Assembly: GCF_006345805.1 (NCBI RefSeq)
Contig: NC_043016.1
Location: 11,594,001 to 11,658,000 of the forward strand
Reading direction: 5' to 3'
Source: Octopus sinensis
Taxonomy: Eukaryota
DNA length: 64,000 nt
Positions within the stretch are counted from its first letter, which is position 1. Each line of letters begins with the position of its first letter. Below are positions 1-12,846 of the stretch, in pieces. The notes beneath the pieces were generated by a model. It saw nothing but the letters and a program-made list of their open reading frames with translations, made no database searches and had not been told where the DNA came from. The position numbers and the translations under genes are program-made.

Positions 1-199
1 CGATACATACAATCCATGAAAGCACTTACATTTTTTTTTGTTTTCTTTTTATGTGATTTTTTTCTTTTTTTGACATTTTGGTGTAACTAGTCTAAGAATG
101 GAGATTTGAGTATTTGTATTTCTGTTAATTGAAACAAACAATCCAGCATAGATTTATTCTAATAATAAATATGTCCTTTTTCACCTTATACACTCACAC

Positions 200-720
200 T
201 TCATCCATCTTACATGTCCCGTCTGATGGCTATAAAAACTATCTGAGTTATATATAACCTGGAAACATGTCACACAATATCGTCATAATCCATACCACAG
301 CTATCCACCACCCTTAGACACATTAGATTTATAATTCTATAATCTATTCCATTACATATATCTGTAACCTAAGCTTCAGTTATCCACTATGCCGATTTAC
401 TATAACATATTATCTATAATCTCTCTCAATTATCCATGGAGCCTTTTCTTATGACATATCAGACCTATAACCTTCACATCAGTCTACCACTATGATCTCT
501 CTGACACGTTATACCTAGAGTCATCTACTATAACCATCTCATACATTATTACCATCTCCTATGATACATCATATCTATTACCAACTCTTCATTCATCTAC
601 TATGACCATCTCTATGACACCTCATATCTATAACATACATCAGTAGTCATTCCGCTATAACTCTCTCCTACGACAGATCTTATCTATAACAACATGCATA
701 ACCAATGCCATGGCACTTTG
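200..720. repeat. Decayed G-poor minisatellite-like tract
   Basis: A TATCTATAACC-like motif recurs about every 25-55 bp (near 250, 359, 410, 461, 524, 573, 625, 681) on a strongly G-depleted + strand. Confidence 0.4.
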
Positions 721-1225
721 TCATTCAATTCTTTATTCCTTACCATAACATCCATTGACAACCAAGTTCAGTAGTCTCCTTTACTGTAGTGTATTACCTA
801 ATATTACCTTTCAGCACTTATTTCGTCCATTCCTCCTTATCTACTTCAACCGATTCCATTGTTGAATCACGCAAAGTCACACTGATCAATAAAGTATAAA
901 ATTAACCGTTTCTGGGTTCTTTCTTTCTTTCTTTCTTTCTTTTTTTTTGTGAGAAGCTAATGGTTTAAGAAAAAGAAGAAAGAAAAAAAACGAAAAAGAG
1001 AGCTAAAGGTTTCATTGTCTCCTCTGGCTGTAACACTGATTTATTCCATTGCTTAAAAGCATTTTATTCAAACAAAAATAGGTCAGAACTGCAGCCACTA
1101 CAAAGTTGGTTGGTGTGTCTTGCAAATGATTATAATCATTTTCCAAAGACTTCCCCACTTATTTGTGCATTTCTTTGCTCTTAAACACACACAAACACAC
1201 ACACATGAATATAAAAATCCATGTC

Positions 1226-1259
<34 letters not shown>

Positions 1260-1561
1260 TTCTGTGTTAGATAATAAGTGAGTTATATACCTCTTATCAT
1301 AATCACCCATTGTCATATTAATTGTGGGATTGCTTGGTATCGCATTGATGTTTTTCTGGTTTATATATTTTTTTCTGTTTGTTTTTGTATTCTTTGCTTT
1401 GCCGTACTCTACTAGGCATATATCAATGTCATATCAATATATGGCAATTTTCTTTCCTTCTTTTTCTTTCATACATGTCATAAACCGTTATAGTTCAGCG
1501 CATACATGATTGATTTTTCCACACAATTTGTAGCAACATTTATTTTGTTTCATTTTACATT

Positions 1562-1603
<42 letters not shown>

Positions 1604-1606
<3 letters not shown>

Positions 1607-1865
1607 GTCCATGCTGGTGGCACATAAAAAGCACCAACTGATTGTAGCCACTGCCAGCCTCCTCTGGCCCCTGTGCCGGTGGCATGTAAAAAGCACCCAC
1701 TATACTCAGGGAGTGGTTGGCATTAGGAAGGGCATCCAGCTGTAGAAACACTGCCAGATCAGATGGGACCCTGGTGCAGCCTCCTGGCTTTCCAGACGCC
1801 AATCGAACCGTCCAACCCATGCTAGCATGGAAAATGGACGTTAAACGAGGATGATGATGATGATG
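1604..1865 (+). mobile_element. 5'-truncated 3' end of the RTE LINE family
   Basis: Matches 9230-9461 (GGTGGCACATAAAAAGCACC...GCTAGCATGGAAAATGGACGTTAAA) and ends in a (GAT)n tail. Confidence 0.8.
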
Positions 1866-2149
1866 GTGTGTGTGTGTATGTATGTATGTGTGTATGTATG
1901 TATATATATATATATATATAGTTTCCTTTCCAATTCACTAAACTCCTTTAGTTAGTAGATTGCTGTTGCTGTCATTACCATTGGTCCCCACCCCTTTATG
2001 CAATCCAGTTGAGGTGGTTATATACTAGCTTTTGGAAAGAACTTGGACATGAGGTCTGTGCCATGAATATGTTTGGTGGAGGACCTGTTTTGCTTCTTTT
2101 TTTTTGTTTTGTTTTTTATTCCTAATATACCTTCACAATGAAAATCCTG

Positions 2150-2365
2150 CTTCACTGGAACCACCATCATCATCATCATCATCATCATTTCCACAATCAC
2201 TACTGTAACCACCACCACCACCACCCCTACACTACCTGCTGACATCATTGGCACTGTCATACATGACCACCACCACATCATTGTCATCGGCATCATCATC
2301 ACCACAACCACTACCATCATTATCGCCATTACCATTGTCTTCCTTCTTGTTGTCATTGTTACCTT
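2150..2365. repeat. Decayed (CAT)n/(CAC)n trinucleotide tract
   Basis: Direct inspection; it explains the Met/Val-rich ORF at 2018-2407. Confidence 0.65.
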
Positions 2366-2558
2366 CTCAGTTAAAATGCCAAAAATAGCTTCAGCTTGAA
2401 TTGGCATGAAATTTAGCCATATTGACTATCCAAGGAAAACTCTGCCATTAAGGACTTTGTCTGGAGTAAGTCTACGTAATGTATGACATGATGGACATGA
2501 AACTCATTAAGGTTAGCTTTAATGAGATGTCCAAAACTCCGGCTCCACAGCTCTGCGT

Positions 2559-2788
2559 TTTAATCCTTTAACATTGAAATTGGTCATATCCAGTCCAAAC
2601 ATTCAACTTATCTTATATTCAAATTGGCTACATCCAACCTCTCACACCTATCCTACAATGCCATTTCTAAAACTAACCAATCACCACAGTGGAATCTCAA
2701 AGCTCTGAGATAATGAATAATTAATTGACAATAAAGTGAATAGATAACTATTGCATTTGATAGAGTAATCTGAATGCTAACAAGTTAA
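2559..2788. mobile_element. piggyBac-like MITE, family 2 (degenerate)
   Basis: TTAATCCTTTAAC...GAATGCTAACAAGTTAA ends; body aligns by eye to 33006-33226. Confidence 0.55.
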
Positions 2789-3084
2789 TGTTTGATGTTA
2801 AATGAGTTACTGAGAGCCCAGAAAATTCTTCAAATTTGGATCAGTCAATTGTAACTTTGTTTTCTTTTTTATCAATTTCAAAGATCAAAATATTTGTTTG
2901 CATATGTACATCTTCCCAAAATTCCAGGTGTGTTTTCTTGTTGTTGAAATTCTATCCTTCTATTATTGGTTTCAACCAGAGGCTGTGGTCATGCGGAGGC
3001 ACCACCATTATTAGCATTAATGCTTGCTTATTTTAGACTGTCTCCTCAGTATATTTTAAATTCAGTTCCTGTCTTTGGAATTGG

Positions 3085-3265
3085 TGGTCCTTATCATCAT
3101 CTTCGTCATCCTTTAACAGCCGTTTTTCCATGTTGGCATGGGTTGGACAGTTTGACTGAGGCTTCCAAGCTGGAGAGTTGCACCAGGTTCCAGTCTGATT
3201 TAGCATGGTTTCTACAACTGGATGCCCTTTCTAATACCAACCATTTTACAGTGTGTGATGGGTGC
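3085..3265 (-). mobile_element. RTE 3' end fragment (antisense)
   Basis: Reverse complement of the RTE terminal ~170 bp, with the (CAT)n tail remnant at the left. Confidence 0.7.
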
Positions 3266-3586
3266 TGCTTAGTAAATTGGACTGAGCTGCCCTTTTTTTA
3301 CATTTCTTACAACATCTCGTCTCAAATCTGGTCTTTCTGTCGCTTAATTCTCTAACCCATCTTTCCCAACTTACACTCATAGAAAATTATGCACACGACC
3401 GCAAACCTTTCCATCTCAAATCTTGCCTTTCTTACTGCCGCCTAAATCTCGTCTTCTCCCAGTGCGCAGTGCGCCCGCCCTCTCGCCCCCACCACCAGTA
3501 CCGGAAGTCCTTATCTCACCTTGCCTTCCTTTGCTTTTCTTCCATGAACACCTAAAGGCCTTAAACCAATACCACCCCTTCTATAT

Positions 3587-6500
3587 ATGGTGGTGACCAT
3601 ACGGCGCAAAAACATGTTAGTGCAGTGTAACAGGTTGAACTTAAGTTCATTGCTTTGCTTATGAATTCTGCCAAATGCGAGTTTTCTTCTTCTTTTCAGG
3701 TACATGACGGCACTGCTCCCCGTCCCTGGGCCTCTCGGGTCAATTCCTTCCACCCCCTCAGGGTGGGCACCCTCAACGCTGGCACACTGAAAGGTAGGTC
3801 TGGCGAGATAGTCGAGATGCTTGAACGGAGACGTGTTGACGTATGTTGTATGCAAGAAATAAGGTGGAGAGGAGGATCTGCTAGGTTCCTCACAGGCAAG
3901 GAACACAGGTACAAGATTTTCTGGGCAGGGAACACTGACGGGGTTGGTGGCGTGGGTATACTTATCGCTGAGAAATGGATAGATAGAGTAATTGAGGTAA
4001 TCAGAGTAAGTGACAGAATACTTAAGATTAGAATAGTGCTTCATCATAGATTAGCAACCATTATATCGGCCTATGCCCCTCAGCCAGGGCTACCCGATGG
4101 ACAGAAAGACAGTTTCTATGACCCCTACTGCAGACCACCTCATTGACGAACGACAGGGACCTTCTCTTTGTGGCTGGTGATTTCAATGGGCATGTTGGAT
4201 GACATGCTGGGGGCTTCCATGGCGTGCATGGAGGCTACGGTTATGGTTCCCGCAACGAGGAGGGAACCAGGCTGCTGGAGTTCTGCGATGCGAATAGTCT
4301 TATGATCTGCAACACTAACTTCAGGAAACCAACAAGCCACCTGGTCACCTACCGATCGGGCCGGCATGCTAGCCAAATCGACTACATCCTCGCCAGAAAA
4401 AGGGAAAGATGGCTGCTTATAAATGCCAAAACCTTCCCGGCGAAGAATGCACCCCACAACATAGACTGGTAGTTAGTGACTTTAGGATCAGGACTAAGAG
4501 AGGGCGACTAGAAGACGACCAACATGGAGAAGAAGGGTCTGGAAGCTTAAAGACCCTGCGAATGGACAGAGATTTAGAGATATGTTACTTGAAGCCTTTG
4601 ACGAAGTGGAAGGGGATATAGCTACACATGGGGTAGAAGACAACTGGACGTTTCTGAGGGACAACCTGCTGAAAGCCGCTGACCAGATCTGTGGCTGGTG
4701 CAAAGTCCCCTTAAGACCCAAAATAACATGGTGGTGGAACAATATTGTTGATAGGGCTATTAGACAAAAGAAACAGGCTTGGAAGGCCTGGAAGAACGGT
4801 GGTAGCAGGGAAGTGTATCAGACTGCCAGAAGGGAAGCTAGGAGACAGGTCTATCTAGCCAGAGGGGAAGCAGATAAAAGAAAATTTGCCAATGTCCTGC
4901 GCCGTGAGGATGAAAGACTTGAGGTATTTCGTGTTGCAAGACAGTGTGTGAGAGAGAATCGAGATGTGGTAGGAGAGAAATGTGTTCGCATGGAGGATGG
5001 TTCACTTGCATTAAATGAGGATACAAAGAGAGAAGCTTGGAGACGCCACTATGAAAGGTTGCTGAATGAGGAAAATGAATGGGATAAAGAGAGTCTGCCG
5101 AATGTTGACCAACAGAGGGACCAGCTATCCGAGTTGATAGTTCCGTGGTAGCTAAGGCAATTAGAAGCATGAAGACAGGGAAAGCCCCAGGCCCATCAGG
5201 AATTACTGCAGAGATGCTCAAAATATCTGGTAGTGTCGGCTATAGCATAGTCACCCGTATAGTTAACCAGGTGATACACGAAGGAGTCATACCCAATGAC
5301 TGGTGTAGCAGCATAATAGTCAACTGCTACAAAGGTAAAGGCGATGCCCTAGATACAAATAACTACAGGGGCATCAAGCTGTTGGATCAGGTAATGAAGG
5401 TTACGGAGAGGGTTATAGCCCAGTTAATTAGAGAGAGAGTTAGCTTAGATGATATGCAGTTTGGGTTCGTGCCAGGGAAAAGTACTACTGATGCTATATT
5501 CCTGGTAAGACAGCTGCAGGAGAAATACCTAGCCAAAGGTAAGCCCTTGTACCTGGCTTTTGTTGACTTAGAGAAAGCCTTTGACAGGGTCCCCCGATCC
5601 CTTATCTGGTGGTCAATGAGGAAACTAGGGATAGATGAATGGTTAGTGAGTGAGCTGTGCGAGCCATGTACAGAGACGCAGCTAGTAAGGTGAGGGTTGG
5701 CAACGAGTACAGTGAAGAATTCCGGGTAGAGGTTGGGGTCCACCAAGGTTCAGTCCTCAGCCCCCTCCTATTTATCATAGTCCTCCAGGCAATAACGGAA
5801 GAATTTAAGACAGGATGCCCCTGGGAGCTCCTATATGCTGATGACCTTGCTCTAATTGCTGAGTCACTATCAGAACTGGAGGAGAAGTTTCAGGTGTGGA
5901 AACAAGGATTAGAATCGAAGGGCCTTAGAATCAACCTAGCCAAAACCAAAGTCCTAATAAGTAGGAAGGTGGACCAACCACAAACGACTTCAGGTAGATG
6001 GCCCTGCTCGATCTGTAAAAAAGGTGTAGGTAGAAAAACTATAAGGTGCACCAAGTGTAAGCTATGGACACATAAGAGGTGCAGCAATGTCAAAGGAAGG
6101 CTAACTAAGAAAATAGTTTTTGTCTGTGGCAGATGCTCAGGAGAAATAAACACTGGAAATGTGCAGAGTCCAACTTCTACCACGTTCCAGGGAGACAAAC
6201 TAGAAGTAGTTGATAGCTTCCGCTACCTAGGAGACCAAGTCAGTAGCGGGGTGGGGTGTGCTGAAAGTGTAACTGCTAGAGTAAGAATAGCCTGGGCAAA
6301 GTTTAGAGAGCTCTTACCCCTGCTGGTGACAAAAGGTCTCTCGCTAAGAGTAAAAGGCAGACTATATGATGCGTGTGTACGTACAGCCATGCTACATGGT
6401 AGTGAAACATGGGCGTGACAGCTGAGGATATGCGTAAGCTTGCAAGAAATGAAGCCAGTATGCTCCGATGGATGTGTAATGTCAGTGTTCATAATCGTCA

Positions 6501-6785
6501 GAGTGTAAGTACTTTGAGAGAAAAGTTGAACTAAGAAGTGTCAGTTGTGGTGTGCAAGAGAGACGGCTGCGCTGGTATGGTCATGTGACGAGAATGGCTG
6601 AAGATAGTTGTGTGCAAAAGTGCTACAACCTAGCAGTTGAGGGAACCTGTGGAAGAGGTAGACCCAGGAAAACCTGGGACGAGGTGGTGAAGCACGACCT
6701 TCGAACTTTAGGTCTCACCAAGGAAATGACTGAAGACCGAGTCCTATGGAAGTGTGCTGTGCATGAGAGGACCCGGCAGGACTAG
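3587..6785 (+). pseudogene. RTE endonuclease/reverse transcriptase ORF, frameshifted in this assembly
   Basis: APE motifs GTLN, MQE, YAP, GDFN, IDYI. RT motifs KAPGPSG, NYRGIKLL, QFGF, FVDLEKAFDRV, GVHQGSVLSPLLF, YADD, FRYLG. C-terminus RRLRWYGHV..GRPRKTW. Frameshifts near 4123, 4438, 4503, 5110, 5648, 6413 and 6531, and one TGA at 4200-4202. The start at ATG 3587 needs one further -1 shift near 3650. Confidence 0.9.
6005..6136 (+). other. PHD-type C4HC3 zinc finger inside the RTE ORF, C-terminal to YADD
   Basis: CSIC-x10-CTKC-x4-H-x2-C-x14-CGRC, with Trp two residues before His. Confidence 0.75.
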
Positions 6786-9290
6786 TCAGGCCATATCCCG
6801 TGGCCCCTACCTGGGACGTAGTCGATCCACCTGTGCATACCTTCCTTCTTGTGACACTTGTGAAGACCTGCTGAGGCAAGTGAAAATCAATCAAAATAGA
6901 TGAACATCAATGGAATTTGTATCTTTGTGGTACCAGTGCCTGTGGCACACAAGAAAACCATCCGAATGTGGCCGTAGCCAGTACCGCATCGACTGGCCTC
7001 CGTACTGTGGGAACATGGTGGCACATAAAAACACCATCCGAAGACCCGGCAAGACTAGTCAGGTCATAACCCGTGGGCCCTACCTGGGACGTAGTCAGTC
7101 CACCTGTACATACCTTCCGACTTGTGAAGACCTGCTGAGGCAAGTGAAAATCAAATCAAATCAAAACAAATCAAAATAGATGAACATCAATGGAATTTGT
7201 ATCCTTGTGGTACCAGTGCCAGTGGCACACAAGAATCCATCCGAACGTGGCCGTAGTCAGTACCGCTTGTGGTACCAGTGCCGGTGGCACACAAGAATCC
7301 ATCCGAACGTGGCCGTAGTCAGTACCGCTTGTGGTACCAGTGCCGGTGGCACACAAGAATCCATCCGAACGTGGCCATAGTCAGTACCGCATCACTGGCC
7401 ATCGTGCTGTGGGCACATAACAAACACCATCGGTCATGGCCATTCGCCAGCCTCATCTAGCACCTGTGTCGGTGGCACATAAAAAGTAGTCAGTACCGCT
7501 TGTGGTACCAGTGCGGGTGGCACACAAGAATCCATCCGAACATGGCCGTAGTCAGTACCGCATCACTGGCCATCGTGCTGTGGGCACATAACAAACACCA
7601 TCCGGTCGTGGCCGTTCGCCAGCCTCATCTAGCACCTGTGTCGGTGGCACATAAAAACACCTTCCGAAGACCCGGCAAGACTAGTCAGGCCATAAACCAT
7701 GGCCCCTACCTGGGACGTAGTCAGTCCACCTGTGCATACCTTCCTCCTTGTGATACTTGTGAAGGCCTGTTGAGGCAAGTGAAAATCAAAGGCCTGTTGA
7801 GGCAAGTGAAAATCAAAATCAAAATCAAATCAAAACAAATCAAAATAGATGAACATCAATGGAATTTGTATCTTTGTGGTACCAGTGCCGGTGGCACACA
7901 AGAGAAAACCATCCGAAAGTGGCCGTAGCCAGTACCGCATCGACTGGCCTCCGTTCTGTGGGCACATGACAAACACCATCCGATCGTGGCCGTTCGCCAG
8001 CCTCATCTAGCACCTGTGTCGGTGGCACATAAAAACACCATCCGAAGACCCGGCAAGACTAGTCAGGCCATAACCCATGGCCCCTACCTGGGACGTAGTC
8101 AGTCCACCTGTGCATACCTTCCTTCTTGTGACACTTGTGAAGACCTGTTGAGGCAAGTGAAAATCAAATCAAAACAAATCAAAATAGATGAACATCAATG
8201 GAATCTGTATCTTTGTGGTACCAGTGCCGGTGGCACACACTCTGTGGTACCAGTGCCGGTGGCACACATGAGAACCATCCGAACGTGGCCGTAGCCAGTT
8301 CCGCATCGACCGGCCTCCGTGCTGTGGGCACGTAACAAACACCATCCGATCATGGCCGTTCGCCAGCCTCATCTGGCACCTGTGTCGGTGGCACATAAAA
8401 ACACCTTCCGAAGACCCGGCAAGACTAGTCAGTCCACCTGTGCATACCTTCCTTCCTTCTTGTGACACTTGTGAAGACCGGTTGAGGCAAGTGAAAATCA
8501 AAATCAAATCAAATCAAAATAGACAAAATAGATGAACATCAATGGAATTTGTATCTTGTGGTACCAGTGCCTGTGGCACACAAGAAATCCATCAGTGCCG
8601 TAGTCAGTGCGGTGGGCACATGACAAACACCATCCGATCATGGCCGTTCGCCAGCCTCATCTAGCACCTGTGTCGGTGGCACATAAAAACACCATCCGAA
8701 GACCCGGCAAGACTAGTCAGGCCATAACCCATGGCCCCTACCTGGGACGTAGTCAGTCCACCTGTGCATACCTTCCTTCTTGTGACACTTGTGAAGACCT
8801 GTTGAGGCAAGTGAAAATCAAATCAAATCAAAACAAATCAAAATAGATGAACATCAATGGAATTTGTATCTTTGTGGTACCAGTGCCGGTGGCACGTGGC
8901 ACATAAGAAAACCATCCGAACGTGGCCGTAGCCAGTACCGCATCGACTGGCCTCCGTGCTGTGGGCACGTAACAAGCACCATCCGATCGTGGCCGTTTGC
9001 CAGCCTCATCTGGCACCTGTGTCGGTGGCACATAAAAACACCATCCGAGCGTGGCCGTCTGCCAGCCTCGTCTGGCACCTGTGTCGGTGGCACATAAAAA
9101 CACCATCCGAGCGTGGCCGTCTGCCAGCCTCGTCTGGCACCTGTGTCGGTGGCACATAAAAAACACCATCCGAGCGTGGCCGTCTGCCAGCCTCGTCTGG
9201 CACCTGTGTCGGTGTGGCACATAAAAACACCATCCGAACGTGGCCGTTTGTCAGCCTCGTCTGGCACCTGTGTGGTGGCACATAAAATCA
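6770..9290 (+). repeat. Hierarchical tandem array in the RTE 3' UTR
   Basis: Six modules start GACCCGGCA(A/G)GACTAGTCAG at 6770, 7043, 7669, 8047, 8413 and 8701. Each contains ~55-60 bp subunits with a GTGCC-NNN-GGCAC hairpin. Confidence 0.9.
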
Positions 9291-10296
9291 CCCACTACAC
9301 TCTCGGAGTGGTTGGCGTTAGGAAGGGCATCCAGCTGTAGAAACACTGCCAGATCTGACTGGACTGGTGCAGCTTTCGGGCTCCCCAGACCCCAGTTGAA
9401 CCGTCCCACCCATGCTAGCATGGAAAGCGGACGTTAAATGATGATGATGATGATGATGATGAATGTATGTACATTTGATATATTAGATGAAAATTGAATT
9501 GTTCTTTGAATACATACATACCTACACCTCATAGATCTCTAATTGATTTGAAAAATTAATTGTTATTCATAACAACAATTTGAACTGAAGAAAGTGCAAT
9601 AAATTTCATTTTTAAAAGCTGAATATGTTTACAAATCTATAAGTTCCATTTGTACATCACTTGGCATTTTTAATATTTTTTTGTTCACAAAGTAAAAACA
9701 GGTTTATAAACACATGTATGCAGCTTTCTTCCTTAGTAAAATCATGAAAACTGCTTTCAAATGACTGTTGTATTAAGCCCGTGTATTTTATAATATATTT
9801 TGTAAAAATTTACACAATCCCCTGCACTTTCATTTTGCTCTTGTTTTAAATATAGAAATGATTTTGAAAATTAATTTTCTAACTGATGGATAAACGGTTT
9901 TAATTTCATCTTGAATGCCTTGATATTTACTTAACAAGGAAAGTGCCTTGCAGTGTCAAGCTTAAATCATTGTGATGGCTGGTTACATCAACTAAAAATG
10001 CAAAATCATGTAACCAAACATCATATAAAAAGGTTCTTTCCTCTGGCAGCTCATATTTCTCTTCTAAAAAATCAGGAACAATGTTTTCTCATTTCCAAGA
10101 TCTACTCAAAACCAATCCTTGAAAGCCAGTGCACTTAGCAACGCAAGACAAGTCAATAATATTCCAAATTGAACAATATTCTCTAAGTTCTCATCTGTTT
10201 TGTGCACATTCTAGCATTCACATTATTCTGTCAAAATGTAATGCTTATTTCTTCACATTGTTTTAAATTAATCTTGCATTATCATGTAGCTGTGAA

Positions 10297-10768
10297 GATG
10301 CATGGCTCAGTAATAAGAGCATCAGGCTCACAATCATGAGATAGTGAGTTCAATTCCCAGACGAGGCTGTGTTGTGTTCTTGAGCAAGACACTTTATTTC
10401 ATGTTGTTCCAGTTCACTCAGCTGTAGAAATGGGTTGCGATGTCACAGGTGCCAAGCTGTATCGCCCCCCCCCCCTGCGCCTTTCCCTTGGATAACACAG
10501 GTGGCGTGGAGAGAGGAGGCTGGTATGCATGGGCGATTGCTGGTCTTCCATAGACAACCTTGCCCAGACTTGTGCCTTAGAGATGAACTTTCTCTAAACA
10601 TGGTCATTCATGACCAAAGAAGGTCTTTACACTTTACCCTATATACATATAATGACTGGTATACAAGGGTGACTGCTGATCTTCCATAAACAACTTTGCT
10701 TGGACTTGTGCTTCAGAGGGGAACTTTCTAGGTGCAATCCTACGGTCATTCATGACCAAAGGAGGTCT
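10297..10768 (+). mobile_element. tRNA-derived SINE with CORE-like centre (degenerate)
   Basis: A/B-box-like head (TGGCTCAGTAAT..GAGTTCAATTCCC), then GTGTTCTTGAGCAAGACACTT. Related copies near 16394-16604, 22640-22880 (-) and 40300-40465 (-). Confidence 0.6.
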
Positions 10769-10934
10769 TTAACCCTTACCGTTTATCTTGTGACTATGGG
10801 ATTTTGATGATGTAATTGTTAATTTTTTAGAACAACATTGTTGGGTAGGTGTGAAAAATCACATCTGGCCTGTTTGAACTTAAAAAAGTAGAACATTTTG
10901 GCCAGCTATGGTCAGTTTAAATGTTAAAGGGTTT
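10769..10934. mobile_element. piggyBac-like MITE, family 2
   Basis: TTAACCCTT...TAAAGGGTTTA ends; reverse-orientation match to 33006-33226. Confidence 0.5.
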
Positions 10935-11394
10935 ATAGTGACCACATTTAACAACTGTTAAACATAACCTATAACCTGTTTGTTACCTGAAGCTGATCAG
11001 ATTGACCACCTTTCCCTCAGGGATTTCTTATTCAATCTCTAACTCAGTAGTTCTTCACATCCTTCCTGTAAATATTAGAGGAATTTTGCCTTTCTCCTTT
11101 TATTAATGAGAAAACAAGAATTTTCTTCTTTTTTTTTTTTTTTTGCATCCCTATAACTCTTCTTTTGTTGTCATAGTGTTGCTTAGATATTAAAAGTTTT
11201 ACCTTTTAGCGTTTAAACCAGCCATATCCATTCATATTCTACCTGTTCTATTTTCTGATTGGCCAGATTCCTACCTCTTGCATCTAATCTAGCATGAAAT
11301 ATCTTCCTCACCTTTTCTAATATCTTCCTTCCCATTTAGTCAAGGGAGTGCTTCCCTTTCCCTCCAGCCTTGCAAGTTACTTGGCAACCCCAGC

Positions 11395-11645
11395 TAAAGC
11401 TAGTGCCACAAAAAAAGCACCTTGTATACACAGTGAAGTGGTTGGCATCAGGAAGGGCATCAAGCCATAGAAACAATACCAAAGCTGAGATAGAGCATAA
11501 CACAGCCCCATGTTCCATCAGTATGAGGGGGTTTGTGAAGAGATAGTCATGGCTGTGTGGTAAGATGCTTGCTTCCGAATCATATGGTTTTGGATTTAGT
11601 TCCATTGAATACATTACATTGTGGAAAATGGACATTAAATGATAA
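11395..11645 (+). mobile_element. RTE 3' end fragment (degenerate)
   Basis: GTGGTTGGCATCAGGAAGGGCATC...GGAAAATGGACATTAAATGAT; contains an internal SINE piece. Confidence 0.6.
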
Positions 11646-12039
11646 AAAAAAATGATGACGAAATGGTTTCCAAAGCAACCTTTGCACCTGCTAATATTTC
11701 TTTTTTTCTATCGTGAATGGTGAATACAAACTTCATTCCATTACTATATTGTCAATATATTCTTCTTCGAAGTATCCACTGATAATTATTTCTTGGGTAT
11801 AAAATAGGAAATTACAGAACAGCAGGCTACTCTAACAATAATGTGTGTGTGCATGTGTGTATCTGTGTGCATGTGTTCATATATTTCATATACTTGGTAT
11901 GCTTGTATCTCTCGTCTTTTCTCTTCACCTTCTTTTCTCTATGTAAATTTCCTCACGTTTTGGAAATTGCCCATGTAATGTGTCCCTCAACAGACGACCC
12001 TGTGGCAAATAAAAGAACTCATCATCATCATCACCATCA

Positions 12040-12240
12040 TCAGAGTCGTTAGCATGCCAGGCGAAATGCTTAGTGGTATTCCTTCTGTCTTCACATTCTA
12101 AGTTCAAATGCCACCAGGGTCGACTTTGCCTTTCATCCTTACCAGGTCAATTAAATAAGTACCAGTTGTGTACTGGAGTTGGTGTAATCGACTATCTCCC
12201 CACCAAATGTCAGGCCTTGTGCCTATAGTAGAATGGATTA
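12040..12240 (+). mobile_element. SINE family B (tRNA-derived)
   Basis: GTCGACTTTGCCTTTCATCCTT...AATAAGTACCAG core; ends in (ATT)n. Confidence 0.7.
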
Positions 12241-12803
12241 TTATTATTATTATTATTATCATCATCATCATCATCCTCATTATTATCTTGGCAAAGCTCA
12301 CTTTAACCATATTGTTCTTAATTTAAATAACAGCCTGTTTGCAGTGAATGTTTTGATGTTATACAATTATACAATGGCACACAAAGGAATTATTCACAGT
12401 TTGCAGCCATCAAAACACTAAAATGTCTTTGATATATGATTTGTTAACAGTTCACTGTTCTAATAATAAAGAATTTTATGGTTTTATACACACATAGACA
12501 CACAGACACACAACACACACATGCATACATACATATACTTACAAGCATGTGCACACATACACACACTCATGTTTGGCTACAAGAAATAGAAATAGGCACT
12601 TGATATTTTTATTCCAGTATATATGAATATATATTCAAAAAAATTATGCATTTACGTTTGGGAGAAAGAGAATTCTTTACATAGAATGAAATTTCTCTCT
12701 GTTGCTACTCTGAGTTCCTCATTTTGTTGTTGTGATGACAGGAAACTTAGTAGTAAGTGTAGCAACAGAAGAAAGACTTAGATTCGAATAAATGAACACA
12801 CAT

Positions 12804-12845
<42 letters not shown>

Positions 12846-12846
<1 letters not shown>

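Larger units (their letters stand above)
3290..9461 (+). mobile_element. Near-full-length RTE-clade non-LTR retrotransposon
   Basis: Pyrimidine-rich 5' leader, one APE-RT reading frame (3587-6785), a repeated 3' UTR and a (GAT)n tail ending at about 9461. The 5' boundary is approximate and I found no target-site duplication. Confidence 0.9.

Noticed and set aside
3270-3310. Target-site duplication for the full-length RTE
   Set aside because: No convincing match between the 5' flank and the sequence after the (GAT)n tail, so the 5' boundary stays approximate.
3511-4047. 178-aa antisense ORF overlapping the RTE endonuclease
   Set aside because: It has no recognisable motif and is most simply a shadow of the sense reading frame.
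6770-9290. Repeat-and-spacer appearance resembling a CRISPR array
   Set aside because: The intervening sequences are themselves repeated, the array is the 3' UTR of a LINE, the context is eukaryotic and there are no cas genes.
9931-9991. Minus-strand 61-nt exon-like segment open in phase 1
   Set aside because: The GTAAAT donor is weak, the length is not frame-preserving and there is no homology.
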